Shown here: positions 46,958-49,001 of the stretch, piece after piece
Layout of the letters: each line of letters starts with the position of its first letter
Position numbering within the stretch: position 1 is the stretch's first letter
DNA from: an uncultured Pseudomonadales bacterium
GTDB lineage: Bacteria > Patescibacteriota > Microgenomatia > UBA1400 > PJMF01
Assembly: GCA_964611955.1 (NCBI GenBank)
Contig: CAZTBN010000001.1
Location: forward strand, 24,858 to 73,858
Length of the DNA: 49,001 nucleotides
Reading direction: 5' to 3'
Notes under the pieces: model-generated
What the model saw: the letters and a program-made list of their open reading frames with translations, nothing else
What the model was told of the DNA's origin: nothing
The model's database searches: none
Program-made: the position numbers and the translations under genes

Positions 46958-47004
46958 CAATAATTTTTCCAGCACAAAACTTCATTTTTTGTTATACTTA
47001 TAGA

Positions 47005-49001
47005 ATGTTTAAACTTACTAAGCCAGCCTTTAATTTTAAAAAAAAATCGCCACAACCAGTAGCAGCTGAAACTACTCAGTCTAACTCACAAGATCCTTTG
47101 CTCACCGCTCAGCCTACAGTTAAAAAACATAAATTTTGGCCAGAAAAAAAATCTAAACAAATTTTGCTCATAGTTGGCATGGTGTTGTTGGTTTTATTAT
47201 CTGCAGTCGGTGCCATTGGTGCCTATAGCTATGGTGTCACTAAACAACTACAAGCTCAAGGCAATCAACTGCAAACTCAAGTCAGATCAGCCTATGATCA
47301 ATTTAAAGCTCAAAATTTGCCAGGCACTGAAACAGCGCTAGTTGAAGCAAAAACTCAACTACAAACAGTTAAACAAACTTATTCGAAATTAAAACTTTAC
47401 AACTCTTTACCATTCTTAAACAAGTATTATCAAGATGGTGAGGCAGGTTTAGCAGCAGCAGAATCTGGTTTAGAAGCAGCAGTGGTGGCAGCTAAAGCCA
47501 TTACTCCTTATGCTGACATTCTTGGTTTTGAAGGAGAAGCTACTTTTGCTGGCGGCACTGCTGAAGATCGCATTGGGCTGTTACTACAAACTTTAGCAAT
47601 GGTAGTACCGCAATTAGATGAGATCGAACAAAATTTAGAGCAAGCCCAAACTCAGCTAAACAGTATTGATCCCAATCGTTATCCAGAAGAATTTAAAGGT
47701 ATGGCCATCAGAAGCAGTCTTGTGTCTGCCCAAGAATCGGCTGATCAAGGTTTAACTTTATTAACCAAGTTTCGTCCGGTGATAGAACAGTTACCAACCA
47801 TTGCTGGTGGTAAAGAACGCAAAAAATATTTAATTTTATTTCAAAATAATAATGAATTGCGACCAACCGGTGGTTTTTTAACTGCTTATGCCATTATTTT
47901 TATTGAAAACGGTAAAGTCACGCCAGAAAAATCAGATGATATTTATGAGCTAGATAAAAAATTTAGCCAAAGAATTCCGATTCCAGAAAGTTTAGGTCGT
48001 TATCTAACCACTGAAAAATATTGGCATTTAAGAGATATGAACATCTCGCCAGATTTCAAGTTATCAATGGATACTTTTTTTGAATATTATTCTCAAGTTA
48101 GGGGCGAACCAGACAATATTGATGGTATTATCGCGCTTGATACTGATGTTTTGACTCGTTTATTAGAAATTTTAGGGCCTGTGGAAGTAGCTGGTTATGG
48201 TACTTTTAGTGCTGAAACTGATCCGCGCTGTGATTGCCCTCAAGTAGTTTATGCTTTAAGTGAAATTATTACTCGTCCAACTCCTTATTTAAGAGAGGAT
48301 CGTAAAGGCATTTTAGGTCCAATGATGCAAGCTATTTTGCAAAAAACTTATCAAGCACCTAAACAATATTGGTCTGATATGTTTACTATGATCTGGGATA
48401 TGACTAATGCTAAATCTTTGCAATTATATTTCCTTGATGATAAATCTCAGCTAGCTGCTGAAAACGCTAATGCTGCCGGTCGCATGATTCCGCCTGAAAA
48501 CTCTGATTTTATTGCTATTGTTGATGCTAATCTTGGTGGTGCTAAATCAAACTTATTTACTAGTTATAGCGTGTTGCAAACTATTGAGGGTCCAGTTGAC
48601 GGCAAACTGACTAAAACCGTGGAAATTACCTATCGTAACTCGCGTAAAGCTGATAATTGTAATTTAGAGGCAGGGCTATTATGTTTGAACTCGACTGCGC
48701 CTACTTGGCATCGTTTATATCTGCCTAAGGGAACGCAGTTAACAGAGGCTCAAGGTTTTGAAAACGAAGCTAAAGTTTATGAAGAGCAAGGTTTTCAAGT
48801 GATTGATGGCTTTTTCAAACTTGATCCTTTAGGTGCTGCTAAAATTAGAATCAATTATCAAGTACCTTATACTTTGGATGATTATAGATTAACAATCTGG
48901 AAACAAGGCGGAGTGGATGCTTTTGAAACCATTCTTGATATTAATGGCAATCAAACTCAATTATTAATTGATAAAGATACTGTTTTCCAAGATCAGTTTT
49001 A
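47005..49001 (+). CDS. DUF4012 domain-containing envelope protein, 3'-truncated by the window edge
   Basis: Not in the ORF track because no stop is reached. ATG at 47005, basic N-terminus, one TM helix (ILLIVGMVLLVLLSAVGAIGAY) and a Q-rich coiled segment. The hallmark YLILFQNNNELRPTGGFLTAYAII follows, then IIALDTDVL and DANLGGAKSN. Open to nt 49001. Confidence 0.8.
   Translation, partial: MFKLTKPAFNFKKKSPQPVAAETTQSNSQDPLLTAQPTVKKHKFWPEKKSKQILLIVGMVLLVLLSAVGAIGAYSYGVTKQLQAQGNQLQTQVRSAYDQFKAQNLPGTETALVEAKTQLQTVKQTYSKLKLYNSLPFLNKYYQDGEAGLAAAESGLEAAVVAAKAITPYADILGFEGEATFAGGTAEDRIGLLLQTLAMVVPQLDEIEQNLEQAQTQLNSIDPNRYPEEFKGMAIRSSLVSAQESADQGLTLLTKFRPVIEQLPTIAGGKERKKYLILFQNNNELRPTGGFLTAYAIIFIENGKVTPEKSDDIYELDKKFSQRIPIPESLGRYLTTEKYWHLRDMNISPDFKLSMDTFFEYYSQVRGEPDNIDGIIALDTDVLTRLLEILGPVEVAGYGTFSAETDPRCDCPQVVYALSEIITRPTPYLREDRKGILGPMMQAILQKTYQAPKQYWSDMFTMIWDMTNAKSLQLYFLDDKSQLAAENANAAGRMIPPENSDFIAIVDANLGGAKSNLFTSYSVLQTIEGPVDGKLTKTVEITYRNSRKADNCNLEAGLLCLNSTAPTWHRLYLPKGTQLTEAQGFENEAKVYEEQGFQVIDGFFKLDPLGAAKIRINYQVPYTLDDYRLTIWKQGGVDAFETILDINGNQTQLLIDKDTVFQDQF

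Noticed and set aside
1-49001. Alternative genetic code (UGA recoded, as in some candidate phyla)
   Set aside because: TGA terminates conserved ORFs exactly at the expected ends and at ATGA coupling junctions (18682-18684, 21010-21012, 42859-42861, 46332-46334). Reading through the TGA at 34074 hits a TAA a few codons later, so recoding does not rescue the orphan region.
1-49001. tRNA, rRNA, CRISPR arrays, transposases, integrases or prophage remnants
   Set aside because: The few non-coding spacers (7284-7377, 25850-25984, 27326-27404, 27744-27839, 28863-29003, 33929-34019, 34810-34932, 46958-47004) show no tRNA-like T-arm or acceptor features. I saw no repeat-spacer periodicity and no terminal inverted repeats, and no ORF has recombinase motifs. 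This was checked by eye only.

Overview
AT-rich bacterial chromosomal window using the standard genetic code: TAA, TAG and TGA all end conserved ORFs at the expected length. I call about 43 genes. Almost all of them form one very large cell-envelope glycan-assembly locus (about nt 630-49001).

Glycan genes by my count:
- 7 GT2 (GT-A) domains and 7 GT4 (GT-B) glycosyltransferases.
- 6 ArnT/PMT-like GT-C membrane glycosyltransferases. Four are a paralogous tandem array, and one of those is fused to a GT2 domain.
- 2 paralogous COG5617/PTPS-related-type polytopic membrane proteins and 1 PIG-V-like membrane mannosyltransferase.
- 1 O-antigen-ligase/Wzy-like protein and 2 Wzx/MOP flippases.
- 1 small phosphoglycosyl transferase (initiating enzyme), 1 LCP-family ligase, 1 hexapeptide acetyltransferase and 1 DUF4012 protein (3' partial).
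- Five nucleotide-sugar enzymes: RmlB, RmlD-like, GalE-like, UDP-xylose synthase, ManC.

Housekeeping genes sit inside the glycan arrays with tiny or overlapping junctions: trmD (5' partial), argS, and ruvC-ruvA-[~1 kb orphan/decayed sequence]-ruvB.

Gene order is two long co-directional + strand arrays (4031-27325 and 29004-49001). They are separated by a two-gene minus-strand block (DUF4870-like protein and UXS). A minus-strand rml/LCP block lies at the left end.

I saw no rRNA, tRNA, CRISPR, transposase, integrase or regulator gene. Intergenic DNA is minimal and Shine-Dalgarno motifs are nearly absent. The gene content and style would fit a Patescibacteria/CPR-like or similar uncultivated low-GC lineage, but that is inference only.

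All functional calls come from motif recognition by eye in the translations. No database search was run.
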